A DNA stretch of 64,000 nucleotides from Actinomycetes bacterium. Lineage in GTDB: Bacteria; Actinomycetota; Acidimicrobiia; Acidimicrobiales; RAAP-2. The position numbers and the translations under genes are program-made. The notes under the pieces are model-generated. The model worked only from the letters and a program-made list of their open reading frames with translations, did not search any database and was not told the origin of the DNA. The number at the start of each line of letters is the position of its first letter. Positions within the stretch are counted from its first letter, which is position 1. The stretch covers positions 13,659-77,658 of the forward strand of contig JAKBNI010000001.1 of the NCBI GenBank assembly GCA_021831125.1. The letters run 5' to 3'. Shown piece by piece: positions 40,300 through 50,764 of the stretch.

Positions 40300-41185
40300 G
40301 CCCCTGGAGGAGTACCTGCAGTGGCTGGCCGTGGAACGGGGTCGCTCGCGCGCCACCCTCGAGGCCTACCGGCGCGACCTGCGCCGGCTCGTCGAGTGGG
40401 CCACGGAGCGGGGCCGCGACCCCCTCGCCCTCGGGGCCGAGGAGATCGAGCGCTACGCCAACGCGCTGCGCTCGGCCCAGGCGGCCGCGAGCGTCGCGCG
40501 CGCCCTCACCGCGATCCGGGGCTGGTACGGCTTCCTCGTCGACGAGCGGGTCCTGGCCGAGGACCCGACGGCCCGGCTGGCCCCGTCGCGCCGGGGCCGG
40601 AGCCTGCCCAAACCCCTCTCGGAGGAGGCGGTCGTCGCCATCATCGAGGGCGTGCCCGACGACGGGCCCCTCGGCCGGCGCGACCGGGCCCTGCTCGAGA
40701 CCCTCTACGGCACCGGGGCGCGCGTGAGCGAGGTGTGCGGGATCGACCTCGCCGACCTCGACCTCGACGAGGAGGTGATCAGGGTCACCGGCAAGGGCAA
40801 CAAGCAACGCCTGGTGCCGGTGGGCCGGAGCCTGCGCCGGGCCCTCGACGGGTACCTGGCGCCCGGGGGACGCTCGTCGCTGCTCGCGCAGCGGCGCACC
40901 GACCGGCTCTTCTTGAACGCCCGGGGCGAGCCGCTCAGTCGTCAGGGGGTGGACCTGGTGGTCCGACGCCGGGCGCTGGCCGCGGGGGTGCCGACGCGCG
41001 GCGTGAGCGCCCACGCCTTTCGGCACAGTTGCGCCACCCATATGCTCGCCCACGGCGCCGACGTGCGCACCGTCCAGGAGCTCCTCGGCCACGCCTCAAT
41101 CGCGACGACCCAGGTCTACACGGCCGTCGCCGTCACCACGCTCCAGCGCGAGTACCGTGAAGCGCACCCCCGAGCCCACGACTGA
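40289..41185 (+). CDS. xerD: tyrosine recombinase XerD
   Basis: LYGTGARVSE, GKGNKQR, HAFRHS, LLGHAS..TTQVY; pyrG-nudix-xerD synteny. Confidence 0.9.
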
Positions 41186-41191
41186 GAGCGC

Positions 41192-41815
41192 GTGAACACC
41201 TTCGAGATCTACTTCTTCATCGCGCTCATCCCGTCGATCGTCCTGCACGAGGTGAGCCACGGCTACGTGGCCTACCTCTTCGGGGACACGACGGCGCGCG
41301 ACGCCCACCGGCTCTCGCTGAACCCCCTGCGCCACATCGACCTCTTCGGGACCATCCTGCTCCCGGCGCTCATGGTGCTCTCGGGGCTGCCGGCGTTCGG
41401 CTACGCCAAGCCCGTGCCGGTCAACCTGGCGCGGCTGCGCCGGCCCCGTCAGCAGGCCCTCTGGGTGGGACTCGCCGGACCGGCGACCAACGTGGTGCTC
41501 TCGGCGGTGGGCTACGGCATCTGCGAGTTCGCCATGCACGTCAACGGTAGCTACCACCTGTGGCTCTTCGGGATCGCGGTGGGTCTGTCGAACCTGATCC
41601 TCGCCGTGTTCAACATGATCCCCATCCCGCCGCTCGACGGGGCGGCGCTCGTCGAGCGGTTCTTGCCGGTGCGCTCGCTACCGCGCTACTACTACTGGCG
41701 GGCCCGGCTGCTGCCCTACCTGCTGATCCTGATCTTCCTCGACTACGCGTTCTTCCACGTCGGCACGACGTGGCTGGGTGACCTCGAGAACTGGTGGATC
41801 TCCCTGCTGCGCTAG
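41192..41815 (+). CDS. site-2 protease (peptidase M50)
   Basis: HEVSH and FNMIPIPPLDG; multiple TM helices. Confidence 0.95.
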   Translation: MNTFEIYFFIALIPSIVLHEVSHGYVAYLFGDTTARDAHRLSLNPLRHIDLFGTILLPALMVLSGLPAFGYAKPVPVNLARLRRPRQQALWVGLAGPATNVVLSAVGYGICEFAMHVNGSYHLWLFGIAVGLSNLILAVFNMIPIPPLDGAALVERFLPVRSLPRYYYWRARLLPYLLILIFLDYAFFHVGTTWLGDLENWWISLLR

Positions 41816-42780
41816 GAGAGACCCATGGCGTGGGCGGCGCGCCGGTAGACGGGCCCCGCGACGGCCGCCGCCGCCTCGGCCCCCCGCGCGGCCAGCTCGG
41901 CCAGGTGCTCGGGCGCCGCCAGCAGCTCGGCGTAACGCTCGCGGATCGGCGCGAGCGAGGTCACGATGAGCTCCGAGAGGTCGCGCTTCAGGTCGCCGTA
42001 GCGCGTGTAGCGATCGGCCACCGCCTCGACCCGCGAACCCTCGAAGCTCGCGAAGATCTCGAGAAGGTTCGTCAGGCCGGGCTTGTGCTCCCAGTCCGGG
42101 CGGACCTCGCCGTCGGTGTCGGTGACCGCGCGCGCGACCTTCTTCGCGATGGCCTCGGGCGAGTCGACGAGGAAGATCGAGCCCAGGGGGCTCGAGATCG
42201 ACTTGCTCATCTTGCGGGTCGGCTCTTGAAGGTCCATCACGCGCGCGGCGACCGGCGGCACGACCGAGCGCGGCACACGGAACGTCTCGCCGTAGCGGTG
42301 GTTGAAGCGCTGGGCGAGGTCGCGACAGAGCTCGAGGTGCTGGCGCTGGTCGTCGCCGACGGGCACCTCCTCGGTCTCGTAGAGCAGGATGTCCCCGGCC
42401 ATGAGGACGGGGTAGGTGAACAGCCCGACGCGGTAGCCCTCGCCGCGCTCGGCCTTCTCCTTGAACGCCGTCATCCGGCCGAGCTCGCCGTAGCTCGCCA
42501 CGCACTCGAGCAGCCAGTTCAGTTGGGCGTGGTAGGCGACGGCGCTCTGGAAGAAGATCGTCGACACCCCCGGGTCGAGGCCCGCCGCGAGGTAGGTCGC
42601 GAACAGCTCGGTGCGCTGGCGCGCGAGCGTCGCCGGCTCGATCGGCAGGGTCAGCGCGTGCAGGTCGACCACGCAGTAGAAAGCGTCAGGGTTCTGGGAG
42701 GCGACCCAGTGGCGCAGGGCGCCCAGGTAGTTGCCCAGGTGCAGGTCGCCAGAGGGTTGCATGCCCGAGAAGATCCGCAT
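41812..42780 (-). CDS. trpS: tryptophan--tRNA ligase
   Basis: QPSG.LHLGNY, YPVLMAGDIL, VPVGDDQ, KMSKS. Confidence 0.98.
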   Translation of the reverse strand: MRIFSGMQPSGDLHLGNYLGALRHWVASQNPDAFYCVVDLHALTLPIEPATLARQRTELFATYLAAGLDPGVSTIFFQSAVAYHAQLNWLLECVASYGELGRMTAFKEKAERGEGYRVGLFTYPVLMAGDILLYETEEVPVGDDQRQHLELCRDLAQRFNHRYGETFRVPRSVVPPVAARVMDLQEPTRKMSKSISSPLGSIFLVDSPEAIAKKVARAVTDTDGEVRPDWEHKPGLTNLLEIFASFEGSRVEAVADRYTRYGDLKRDLSELIVTSLAPIRERYAELLAAPEHLAELAARGAEAAAAVAGPVYRRAAHAMGLS

Positions 42781-42831
42781 CGGCCAATGCTACGAGAGGG
42801 AGGGAAGCGCCTCGCGCAGTAGAGTTGCGCG

Positions 42832-43608
42832 GTGACCTTCGTCGTGACGACGCCGGCCTTCTCGGGACCCGTGGAACTGCTGGTCCAGCTGATCTCCACC
42901 CACGAGGTCGACGTCCTCGAGGTCCCTCTCGCGCCGGTGGTCGACCGCTTCGTCGCCCACCTGCGCGAGGCCGCCGACGCCGTCACCCTCGAGGAGCTCT
43001 CGGAGTTCCTCCTGATCGGGGCCATCCTGGTCGAGATGAAGAGTCAGCGGCTCCTGCCCGAGCCCGACGACGGCGAGCCCGACGAGGAGTTCGTGGGCTG
43101 GGAGGAGCGCGACGTCCTGCTCGCCCGGCTGCTGGAGCTGCGTACCTACGCGGGGCTCGCCGACGCGTTCGCCTCGCTCTTCGAGCGCGCGAGTCGCGGC
43201 TACCCCCGCCTGCGCGGGGTGAATGAGGGCTTCGTGGTGGAGCCGCCGGACCTGCTCGCCGGGGTCACCCCGTCGCTGCTCGCCCTGGCCTACCTGCGCG
43301 GCATCGAGGAGAAGCCGGTGCCGGTGGTGCGCCTCGACCACGTGACCGTCGACGCGGTGACCGTCGCCGAGACGGTAGTCGCGCTGGCCCAGCGGCTCCC
43401 GAGCCTGGGCCGGGTGACCCTGCGCGAGCTCACCGTCGGACTCGAGACGCGCATCGAGGTCATCGTCCACTTCCTCGCTCTGCTGGAGCTGTGCAAACTC
43501 GGTCACGTGGAGATCGGCCAGGGCCACACCTTCGGGGAGGTCCAGGTCGCCTGGATCGACTCCGACCGCGGCGTCGACATCGGAGGGGTGGACCTGTATG
43601 AGGGATGA
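42832..43608 (+). CDS. scpA: segregation and condensation protein A
   Basis: FSGPVELLVQLI, EMKSQRLLP, FLALLEL. Confidence 0.93.
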   Translation: MTFVVTTPAFSGPVELLVQLISTHEVDVLEVPLAPVVDRFVAHLREAADAVTLEELSEFLLIGAILVEMKSQRLLPEPDDGEPDEEFVGWEERDVLLARLLELRTYAGLADAFASLFERASRGYPRLRGVNEGFVVEPPDLLAGVTPSLLALAYLRGIEEKPVPVVRLDHVTVDAVTVAETVVALAQRLPSLGRVTLRELTVGLETRIEVIVHFLALLELCKLGHVEIGQGHTFGEVQVAWIDSDRGVDIGGVDLYEG

Positions 43609-44191
43609 GCTCTCGCTCGGCCAGAAGCTCGAGGCCCTGCTCACCGTGGCCCTGGAGCCGATCTCGGCCGAGGAGCTCGCCGACGCCGTCGAGACCGACG
43701 CGTCCGAGGTCACCGGGACCCTGCGCGCCCTGCGCGACGAGTACCACGCCGAGCGGCGCGGGTTCGAGCTGGCCGAGCTCGCGAGCGGCTGGGTCATGCA
43801 GTCCTCGCCGGAGGTCGCGGCCTGGGTGACCCGCTTCGCCAACCGCGACGTGAGCCACCGGCTCAGTTCAGCGGCCCTCGAGACCCTGGCGATCGTCGCC
43901 TACCGCCAGCCGATCTCGCGCGCCCAGATCAGCGCCCTGCGCGGGGTGAACGTCGACGGGGTCGTGCGCCTGCTCGAGCAGCGCGGCTACATCGAGGAGC
44001 GGGGCCGGGCCCAGGCCCCGGGCCAGCCGATCCTCTACGGCACGACCGACCTCTTCTTGGACCGGCTGGGCCTGGCCTCGCTCGGCGAGCTGCCCCCGAT
44101 CGAGGAGTTCCTCACCCCCGTCGAGGAGGCCCGGGCGATCTCTGAGGAGATGGCTGCCGAGCTCGACGAGGCCGGCCCCGGAGCACCCTAG
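43598..44191 (+). CDS. scpB: segregation and condensation protein B
   Basis: LSSAALETLAIVAYRQP, RGVN, YGTT..FL. Confidence 0.96.
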   Translation: MRDELSLGQKLEALLTVALEPISAEELADAVETDASEVTGTLRALRDEYHAERRGFELAELASGWVMQSSPEVAAWVTRFANRDVSHRLSSAALETLAIVAYRQPISRAQISALRGVNVDGVVRLLEQRGYIEERGRAQAPGQPILYGTTDLFLDRLGLASLGELPPIEEFLTPVEEARAISEEMAAELDEAGPGAP

Positions 44192-44935
44192 GTGGAGCTG
44201 GGCGAGCGACTCCAAAAGACGCTGGCCCGAGCCGGCTACGGGTCCCGGCGGGCCTGTGAGCTGCTGATCAGCGCCGGGCGGGTCAGCGTCGACGGGCGCG
44301 TCGCCGTGCTCGGCAACCGGGTCGACCCCGACACCCAGGAGGTCCGCGTCGACGGGGTGATCGCCCCGACGTCCCAGAGCGCCGTCTACTACCTGGTGAA
44401 CAAGCCCGCCGGGGTCGTCACGACGGCGTCGGACCCTCAGGGGAGGGCGACGGTGCTCGACCTCGTCCACGCCCCGGTGCGGGTCTTCCCCGTGGGCCGG
44501 CTCGACATGGGCACCGAGGGGCTGCTCATCGTGACCAACGACGGACGCCTCGCGCACCTGCTGACCCACCCCAGTTCGGGCGTGCCCAAGGAGTACCTCG
44601 CCCGTGTCGAGGGCGACCCCTCGCCGGGCGACCTTCGCCGGTTGCGCGAGGGCGTCGAGCTCGACGACGGGATGACCGCCCCGGCCCAGGTGAGCCGGGT
44701 GAGCGAGGGCCTGGTTCGCATCGTGATCCACGAGGGTCGCAACCGCCAGGTCCGCCGGATGTGCGCGGCCGTCGGCCACGAGGTGACCCGGCTCGTGCGC
44801 ACGCGCATCGGCCCACTGAGCGACCCCACGCTCGCGCCCGGCGCCGCGCGACCCCTCACACTGGCCGAGGTGCGCCGTCTCTACGAGGCCGTCGGTCGCG
44901 TCCACGACGCGGCCTCCACTAGCATTTCGCAATGA
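44192..44935 (+). CDS. rluB: rRNA pseudouridine synthase (RluB/RsuA family)
   Basis: S4 domain (SRR), NKPAG, VGRLD, EGRNRQVRRM. Confidence 0.93.
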   Translation: MELGERLQKTLARAGYGSRRACELLISAGRVSVDGRVAVLGNRVDPDTQEVRVDGVIAPTSQSAVYYLVNKPAGVVTTASDPQGRATVLDLVHAPVRVFPVGRLDMGTEGLLIVTNDGRLAHLLTHPSSGVPKEYLARVEGDPSPGDLRRLREGVELDDGMTAPAQVSRVSEGLVRIVIHEGRNRQVRRMCAAVGHEVTRLVRTRIGPLSDPTLAPGAARPLTLAEVRRLYEAVGRVHDAASTSISQ

Positions 44936-45303
44936 CGACTCCGGCGCTGCGGGCCCTGCGGGGCGCGACCACCTGCGGTGTCGACTCGGCCCAGGCCATC
45001 ACCGAGGCCACCATCGAGCTCCTCACCGAGATGATGGGACGCAACGGGGTCGACCACGACGACGTGGTGAGCGTTCTGTTCACGACGACCCCGGACCTGA
45101 CCGCCACGTTTCCCGCGACCGCGGCGCGTGAGGTCGGCTTCGGCGACGTGCCGCTGCTGTGCGCGAGCGAGATCGCCGTGCCCGGCGCGATGGCACGGTG
45201 CGTGCGAGTCCTGATGCACCTCTACACCACCCGCCCCCGCGCCGAGTTGCACCACGTCTACCTGAGAAAGGCCGTCTCGCTTCGCGATGACCTCCCCAGC
45301 TGA
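44932..45303 (+). CDS. aroH: chorismate mutase, AroH class
   Basis: ALRGAT, FTTTPDL..FPA, RCVRVL, HVYL...LR.DL. Confidence 0.95.
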   Translation: MTTPALRALRGATTCGVDSAQAITEATIELLTEMMGRNGVDHDDVVSVLFTTTPDLTATFPATAAREVGFGDVPLLCASEIAVPGAMARCVRVLMHLYTTRPRAELHHVYLRKAVSLRDDLPS

Positions 45304-46354
45304 GCGCCGGGCCCACGTCGTCGGCCTAGGGCTCATCGGCGCCTCGGTGGCCCGCGCCCTGGCCGAACGCGGCTGGCGGGTCACCGGTGAGGACGCCGAC
45401 GGCGACGTCGCCGCGCGGGCGCGCGCCGCGGGGGTCATCGTCGAGGGGTCCCTCGACGGCGACGTGTCCCTGTGCGTCGTGGCGACCCCCGCCGGCGCGG
45501 TCGCCGACGCCGCCCGGGAGGCCCTGGCCCGGGGGTCGGAGCGTCTGGTCGTCACCGACGTCGCGGGCGTCAAGGCCTCGATCGTCGCCGCCCTCGACGA
45601 CCCACGCTTCGTCGGCGGCCACCCCATGGCCGGCTCGGAGCGCCGCGGCCTCGAGGGCGCGCGCGCCGACCTCTTCGCCGGGTGCACCTGGGTGCTCACG
45701 CCGACCGAGGCGACCGCGCCGGCCACCTACGGCTTCTTGCACGGGGTGTGGCGCGAGCTGGGCGCCAACGTGATCGCGGTGCCCGCCGCCGACCACGACC
45801 GGCTCGTCGCGGTGGCGAGCCACGTGCCCCACCTGCTCGCCGGGGCGCTGATGAACGAGGCGACCGACGCCGCCGAGCAGGACGCGGTGCTGCTCCAACT
45901 GGCGGCCGGGGGGTTCCGCGACATGACCCGGGTGGCGGCCGGCGACCCGAGCATCTGGCCCGACGTGCTCTTCGAGAACCGCGTGGCCGTCACGGCGTCC
46001 CTCGCCGCCCTCGAAGAGCGCCTGGCCCGGCTGCGCCGCGCCCTGGAGACGGGGGACCGTGCGTCGCTCTCGGCCGACCTGGTGAGCGCCGCGCTGGCGC
46101 GCCGGCGCCTGCCGGGGCGGGCCCTGCATCCCGAGGAGCTGACCTACCTGCGCGTCGCCGTGAGCGACGAGCCCGGCGTGCTCGCCCGCGTGACGCGTGC
46201 CGCGTCGGAGGGGCTCGTCAACATCTACGACATCGAGATCGCCCACGGGATCGAGGGCACCGGCGGCACCCTGCTGCTGGCCGTGGAGGCCGCCCGGGCC
46301 GAGGAGTTCGCCGCGGCCCTCGCGGCGCGGGGCTTCGGGGTGGGCCGGGAGTGA
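45287..46354 (+). CDS. tyrA: prephenate/arogenate dehydrogenase with ACT domain
   Basis: GLGLIGAS, DVAGVK, GGHPMAGSE, HD...A..SHVPH, GFRDMTR; C-terminal DEPG ACT domain. Confidence 0.93.
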   Translation: MTSPAERRAHVVGLGLIGASVARALAERGWRVTGEDADGDVAARARAAGVIVEGSLDGDVSLCVVATPAGAVADAAREALARGSERLVVTDVAGVKASIVAALDDPRFVGGHPMAGSERRGLEGARADLFAGCTWVLTPTEATAPATYGFLHGVWRELGANVIAVPAADHDRLVAVASHVPHLLAGALMNEATDAAEQDAVLLQLAAGGFRDMTRVAAGDPSIWPDVLFENRVAVTASLAALEERLARLRRALETGDRASLSADLVSAALARRRLPGRALHPEELTYLRVAVSDEPGVLARVTRAASEGLVNIYDIEIAHGIEGTGGTLLLAVEAARAEEFAAALAARGFGVGRE

Positions 46355-47622
46355 GGGAGGTCACGCCGCTGGGCCCGCTGCGCGGCTCGGTCCGAGTCCC
46401 CGGCGACAAGAGCTACTCGCATCGCGCCGTGCTCCTGTCGGCCCTCGCCGAGGGTCCGAGCACCCTCACGGGCCTCTCGCCGGGGGCCGACGTCGCGGCG
46501 ACGCTCGACGCGGTGGCCCGTCTCGGCGCGCTCGTCGAGCCCGACGAGGACCGGGTCCGGGTGCGCGCTCCCGCGGGAGGGCTTCGTCCGAGCGACGCGC
46601 CGCTCGAGTGCGCCAACTCCGGGACCACGATGCGCCTCCTCTGCGGGGTCGTGGCCGGGATCGCGGGCACTCACCGACTGGTGGGGGACGCGTCGCTGTC
46701 GCGCCGGCCGATGGACCGGGTCGCCACGCCGCTGCGCCTCATGGGCGCCCGGGTGAGCGGGCTGGGCCCCACCCTGCACGCGCCCCTCGTCGTCGAGGGC
46801 GGGACGCTGCGGGGCATCGAGTACCGCGTCCCGGTGCCGAGCGCCCAGGTGAAGTCGGCCGTCTTGTTCGCGGGACTCGACGCACGCGGCCCCACGACCG
46901 TTGTGGAGGCGGTGCGCACCCGCACGACGACCGAGGACGCCATGCGCGCGGCCGGCCTCGCCCTCGAGGTCGCGCCCGAGGGCGGTGGACGACGCGTCAC
47001 GCTCGCCCCGGGCCGACCCGTCGCCCGGACCTGGTCCGTCCCGGGCGACCCCTCCCAGGCGGCCTTCTTCGCCGTGCTGGGCGCGATCCACGACGACGCG
47101 TCGCTCGAGGTCGTCAGCCTGGACGCCGCCCCCGAACGGGTCGGCTTCGTGGGGGTCCTCGCTCGCATGGGCGCTCGGGTGGCCCTCCACGACCACGGGG
47201 CGTTCCACTCCCTCACGGCCCTCTCCTCGGCGCTCGTGGCCACCGAGGTGCACAGCCACGAGATCCCCTCGGTCGACGAGGTGCCGATCCTCACCGTCGC
47301 CGCGTGCGCCGCCGAGGGGGTCAGCGCCTTCCGCTCGATGGCCGAGCTGCGGGTCAAGGAGTCCGACCGCTTCGCGGGCTCCATCGAGCTGGCCCGACGC
47401 CTCGGGGCCGCGGCGTGGGCCGAGGGCGACGACTTCTTCGTCGAGGGCCTCGGCGCCGCGCGGCGCTTCGCACCCTTCCACCTCGACGCCGGACTCGACC
47501 ACCGCATGGTGATGGCCGCGGCGGTCGCCGGCGCGGCCGGGCGGGGCGGTGCGATCGACGGGGACGAGACCGTCGCCACCAGCTACCCCCACTTCTTCCG
47601 CGACTTAGCATTGCTCGCGTGA
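46351..47622 (+). CDS. aroA: EPSP synthase
   Basis: PGDKSYSHRA, NSGTTMR, SAQVKSA, ELRVKESDR, DHRM. Confidence 0.96.
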   Translation: MREVTPLGPLRGSVRVPGDKSYSHRAVLLSALAEGPSTLTGLSPGADVAATLDAVARLGALVEPDEDRVRVRAPAGGLRPSDAPLECANSGTTMRLLCGVVAGIAGTHRLVGDASLSRRPMDRVATPLRLMGARVSGLGPTLHAPLVVEGGTLRGIEYRVPVPSAQVKSAVLFAGLDARGPTTVVEAVRTRTTTEDAMRAAGLALEVAPEGGGRRVTLAPGRPVARTWSVPGDPSQAAFFAVLGAIHDDASLEVVSLDAAPERVGFVGVLARMGARVALHDHGAFHSLTALSSALVATEVHSHEIPSVDEVPILTVAACAAEGVSAFRSMAELRVKESDRFAGSIELARRLGAAAWAEGDDFFVEGLGAARRFAPFHLDAGLDHRMVMAAAVAGAAGRGGAIDGDETVATSYPHFFRDLALLA

Positions 47623-48245
47623 GCGACCGGGTCATCGCCATCGACGGCCCGGCCGGGTCGGGCAAGTCGAGTGTCGCGCGGGCCCTGGCTGAGGCGCTGG
47701 GCTGGTCGTTCCTCGACACGGGCGCGATGTACCGAGCGGTGACGGTGGCGGCCCTCGAGCGGGGGGTGGCCCCCGAGGACGCGGCGGCCGTGGCCCGCCT
47801 GGCGCGCACGTGCGCGATCGAGACCCTCCCTCGTGTGGTCATCGACGGGCGCGACGTCGAGGCCGAGATCCGCACCGAGCGGGTCAACGACGCCGTCTCG
47901 GTCGTCGCGGCCAACCCCGAGGTGCGCGCCCAGATGGTCGAGCGCCAGCGCGACTTCGCTCGCCGCCAACCCGAGGGAACCGTCGTCGAGGGGCGCGACA
48001 TCACCACGGTCGTCTTCCCGAACGCGACGGCGAAGGTCTTTCTCACCGCCTCGCTCGAGGAACGGGCCCGACGCCGCGGTGAGGAGGGCGCCGCCTCGGT
48101 GGCCCGCCGCGACGAGGCCGACTCCTCTCGGGAGACCTCCCCGTTGCGCCGGGCGCCCGACGCCCTCGTGCTAGACACGACGGGACGCACCGTCGAGGAG
48201 GTCGTCGAGGAGATCCGGGCGTGGCTGAGGACGACACCGCACTGA
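47619..48245 (+). CDS. cmk: cytidylate kinase
   Basis: AIDGPAGSGKS, DTGAMYR, EGRDI, RRD..DS.R. Confidence 0.96.
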   Translation: MSDRVIAIDGPAGSGKSSVARALAEALGWSFLDTGAMYRAVTVAALERGVAPEDAAAVARLARTCAIETLPRVVIDGRDVEAEIRTERVNDAVSVVAANPEVRAQMVERQRDFARRQPEGTVVEGRDITTVVFPNATAKVFLTASLEERARRRGEEGAASVARRDEADSSRETSPLRRAPDALVLDTTGRTVEEVVEEIRAWLRTTPH

Positions 48246-48892
48246 GCCGGGGCTGGACCCCGGTCTACCGCTTCGCCCGAGGGCTCCTCGGGGGGCTCGC
48301 GCGGCTGCTCTTTCGCCCCACCGTGGTCGGGGCCGAGCACATCCCGCCCACCGGGCCGGTGCTCATCGCACCGATCCACCGCTCCAACGTCGACTTCGTC
48401 TTCACGATCTTCCTCTCACCGCGCAAGGTGTACTTCATGGCCAAAGAGGGGATCTTCAAGAGCCGGTGGTTCTCACTGGTGCTGCGCGAGGTCGGGGCCT
48501 TCAAGGTCGAGCGCGGCTCGACCGACCGTGAGGCGATGCGTCTGTCCGAGCGCGCCCTGGGCCAGGGACTGGCCCTCATCGTCTTCCCCGAGGGGACACG
48601 CGAGGAGGGCTACCACGTCAAGCCCCTCCACGACGGGGCGATGTTCGTGGCGGCGCGCACCGGCGCCACCGTGGTGCCGGTGGGCATCGCCGGCTCGGAC
48701 GAGGCGATGCCGGTGGGGGCGTGGCTGCCGCGCCCCTCGAAGGTCGTGGTCGTGGTGGGCGAGCCGATCCGCCCGCCGGTGGCCGGGCCCGGGGGGCGGG
48801 TGAAGCGCTCCGAGGTGGCGGCGGCCTCCGAGGAGCTGCGCCGGCGCCTCGAGAGCGCCTACCACGAGGCGCTCGAGCGCCGGGGCGCCTAG
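48221..48892 (+). CDS. plsC: 1-acyl-sn-glycerol-3-phosphate acyltransferase
   Basis: HRSNVD (HX4D), FMAK, FPEGTR. Confidence 0.92.
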   Translation: MAEDDTALSRGWTPVYRFARGLLGGLARLLFRPTVVGAEHIPPTGPVLIAPIHRSNVDFVFTIFLSPRKVYFMAKEGIFKSRWFSLVLREVGAFKVERGSTDREAMRLSERALGQGLALIVFPEGTREEGYHVKPLHDGAMFVAARTGATVVPVGIAGSDEAMPVGAWLPRPSKVVVVVGEPIRPPVAGPGGRVKRSEVAAASEELRRRLESAYHEALERRGA

Positions 48893-49860
48893 GCCCGAGC
48901 CGGCGCGCGCGCGACGGCCTCCAGCGCGGCGAGAACGGTGCTCGCGACGACGCTCACCCACAGCAGCGCCACCGCCGCGAGGTGGACGTCCTGCCAGGTC
49001 GCCGCGGCGCGGGTGAGGGCGCTGGCGGCGCCCAGGGCGGCCACCACGACGAACAGCCCCGCCGCCACCAGGGCGCTCGCGCGCCAGCGCGTGGTGCCGG
49101 CCCGCCAGCGTGCGGTGACGTACACCCCGAGCGCGACCCCCACGAGCAGGGCGAGGGAGCGGTGGACGAGCTGCCAGTCGGCCAGCCCCGACGACCCCGA
49201 CGGGCACAGGGGCCACGCCGCGCAGGCGCCGCCCGCGCCGTGGGCCACGACGAGGCTCCCGCCCACGATGGTCGCCAGGGTCGCCCCGAGGAGCGCCCAG
49301 CCCGTGGGCCCCAGGGCGCGCACCGACCCGGCCGGGCGCTCCGGGCCCCAGAGCGCGACCGCGGCGCTCACCGTGGTGACCCCGAGGAAGGCCAGCCCGA
49401 CCACCAGGTGCACCGCGACGGTCCAGGGCGCGTTCTTCGCGAGGACGGTGAGGGCCCCGAGCGCCGCCTGCACCACGACCAGGCCCACGGCCGCGCTCGC
49501 CGGTGCGAGCACCGCGTGGCGGCGCCGGGCCCGCCACGCGGCCAGCGCGGTGGCCACGGCCACGACGCTCACCACGACGACGAGGTAGCGGTGGGACTGC
49601 TCGAGCGCGGCGTGGAAGCGGTCGATCGGTCCGAGGCGCCCGTAGCAGAGGGGCCAGCTGGGACAGCCCATCCCGGAGTTCGTGACCCGCACGGTGCTGC
49701 CGAGCACGACCAGCGCGTAGGTCGCCCCCGCCGTCACCAGCGCCAGGACGAGGGTGACGGTGCTGGCGCGGTCGAGCGAGGGCGGCCGTCCCTCGCCGCG
49801 CTCGAGCCCCGTCACGACGCCCGACGGACTCGACTCGGCCACGGCGACGCCTCCTTGCAC
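48889..49860 (-). CDS. ctaA: heme A synthase (COX15/CtaA family)
   Basis: GMGCPSWPLC, EQSHR, VAVHL, second C..WPLC, QLVHR, DVHL; start uncertain. Confidence 0.88.
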   Translation of the reverse strand: MQGGVAVAESSPSGVVTGLERGEGRPPSLDRASTVTLVLALVTAGATYALVVLGSTVRVTNSGMGCPSWPLCYGRLGPIDRFHAALEQSHRYLVVVVSVVAVATALAAWRARRRHAVLAPASAAVGLVVVQAALGALTVLAKNAPWTVAVHLVVGLAFLGVTTVSAAVALWGPERPAGSVRALGPTGWALLGATLATIVGGSLVVAHGAGGACAAWPLCPSGSSGLADWQLVHRSLALLVGVALGVYVTARWRAGTTRWRASALVAAGLFVVVAALGAASALTRAAATWQDVHLAAVALLWVSVVASTVLAALEAVARAPARA

Positions 49861-49946
49861 CCGCCCGCCGGCGCGGCCGCGACGTCCTCCGGCGAGTCGG
49901 CCGCCAGGCTAGTGCGTCGCGCCGGGGGCCCCCGGCGCCGGCCCGC

Positions 49947-50747
49947 TCAGCGCTCGCGCCACCAGGTGCCGAAGACGACCCTGGCGTAGCGGAAACCGAA
50001 GAGCCAGTTCTTGCCCTTCTTCGTGGTGCCCGAGGCCCGCGGGTACCAGACCGTCGGGACCTCGCTCGCCCGCCAGCCCCGCTTGAGGCAGGTGATCAGC
50101 AGCTCGGCCGTCTGGTACTGCTCCTGGGTGAGCCGGTCGACCACGTCGGCGAGCATCGTCACGCGCAGCCCCCGGTAGCCCGTCGAGGTGTCGGTGAGCT
50201 CGGCCCCGGTCATGCGGTTCATGATGAACGAGAAGAACCGCACGCCGGTCTTGCGCACCACGTCGGTCGTCTTGTCGACCCCGAGTACGCGGCTCGCCAC
50301 GACGAAGTCGGCCTCGTCGTCGAGGAGGGGCTTGAGGATCTGGCCCATCTCCGCCGGGTCGTTCTGGCCGTCGGCGTCGAGGGTGACGACGTAGCCCACG
50401 CCGTGGTCGATGCAGTAGCGGTACGTCACCTGCAGGGCCACGCCGTGGCCCAGGTTGGTGGGGAACTCGATGACCCGGGCGGCCGGGAAGGTGCGCGCGA
50501 TCTGCGCCGTGCGGTCCTCGCCGCCGTCGACGACCACGAGGACGGTGTAGGGCCGGCCGTCGATCGTCTCGGGCATCTTCGCCAGGACGTCGCCGATGTT
50601 GCCCTCCTCCTCGTAGGCGCACAGGGAGGCCACGATGGGCTCGGGCGTGAAGCCGGGGTAGTCGCCCTCGAAGCGCTCGAGGGCCTGGGCGATCGCGTAC
50701 TCGCGCAGCCGCGCCAGCCGGCGCTTCTCCAGGTCGATCGTGGCCAT
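49947..50747 (-). CDS. glycosyltransferase family 2 (DPM-synthase-like)
   Basis: AYEEE, VVDGG, NLGHG, LDADGQ, DTSTGYR; GGAG RBS before ATG 50747. Confidence 0.92.
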   Translation of the reverse strand: MATIDLEKRRLARLREYAIAQALERFEGDYPGFTPEPIVASLCAYEEEGNIGDVLAKMPETIDGRPYTVLVVVDGGEDRTAQIARTFPAARVIEFPTNLGHGVALQVTYRYCIDHGVGYVVTLDADGQNDPAEMGQILKPLLDDEADFVVASRVLGVDKTTDVVRKTGVRFFSFIMNRMTGAELTDTSTGYRGLRVTMLADVVDRLTQEQYQTAELLITCLKRGWRASEVPTVWYPRASGTTKKGKNWLFGFRYARVVFGTWWRER

Positions 50748-50764
50748 GTCTCTCCTGTGGGTCG

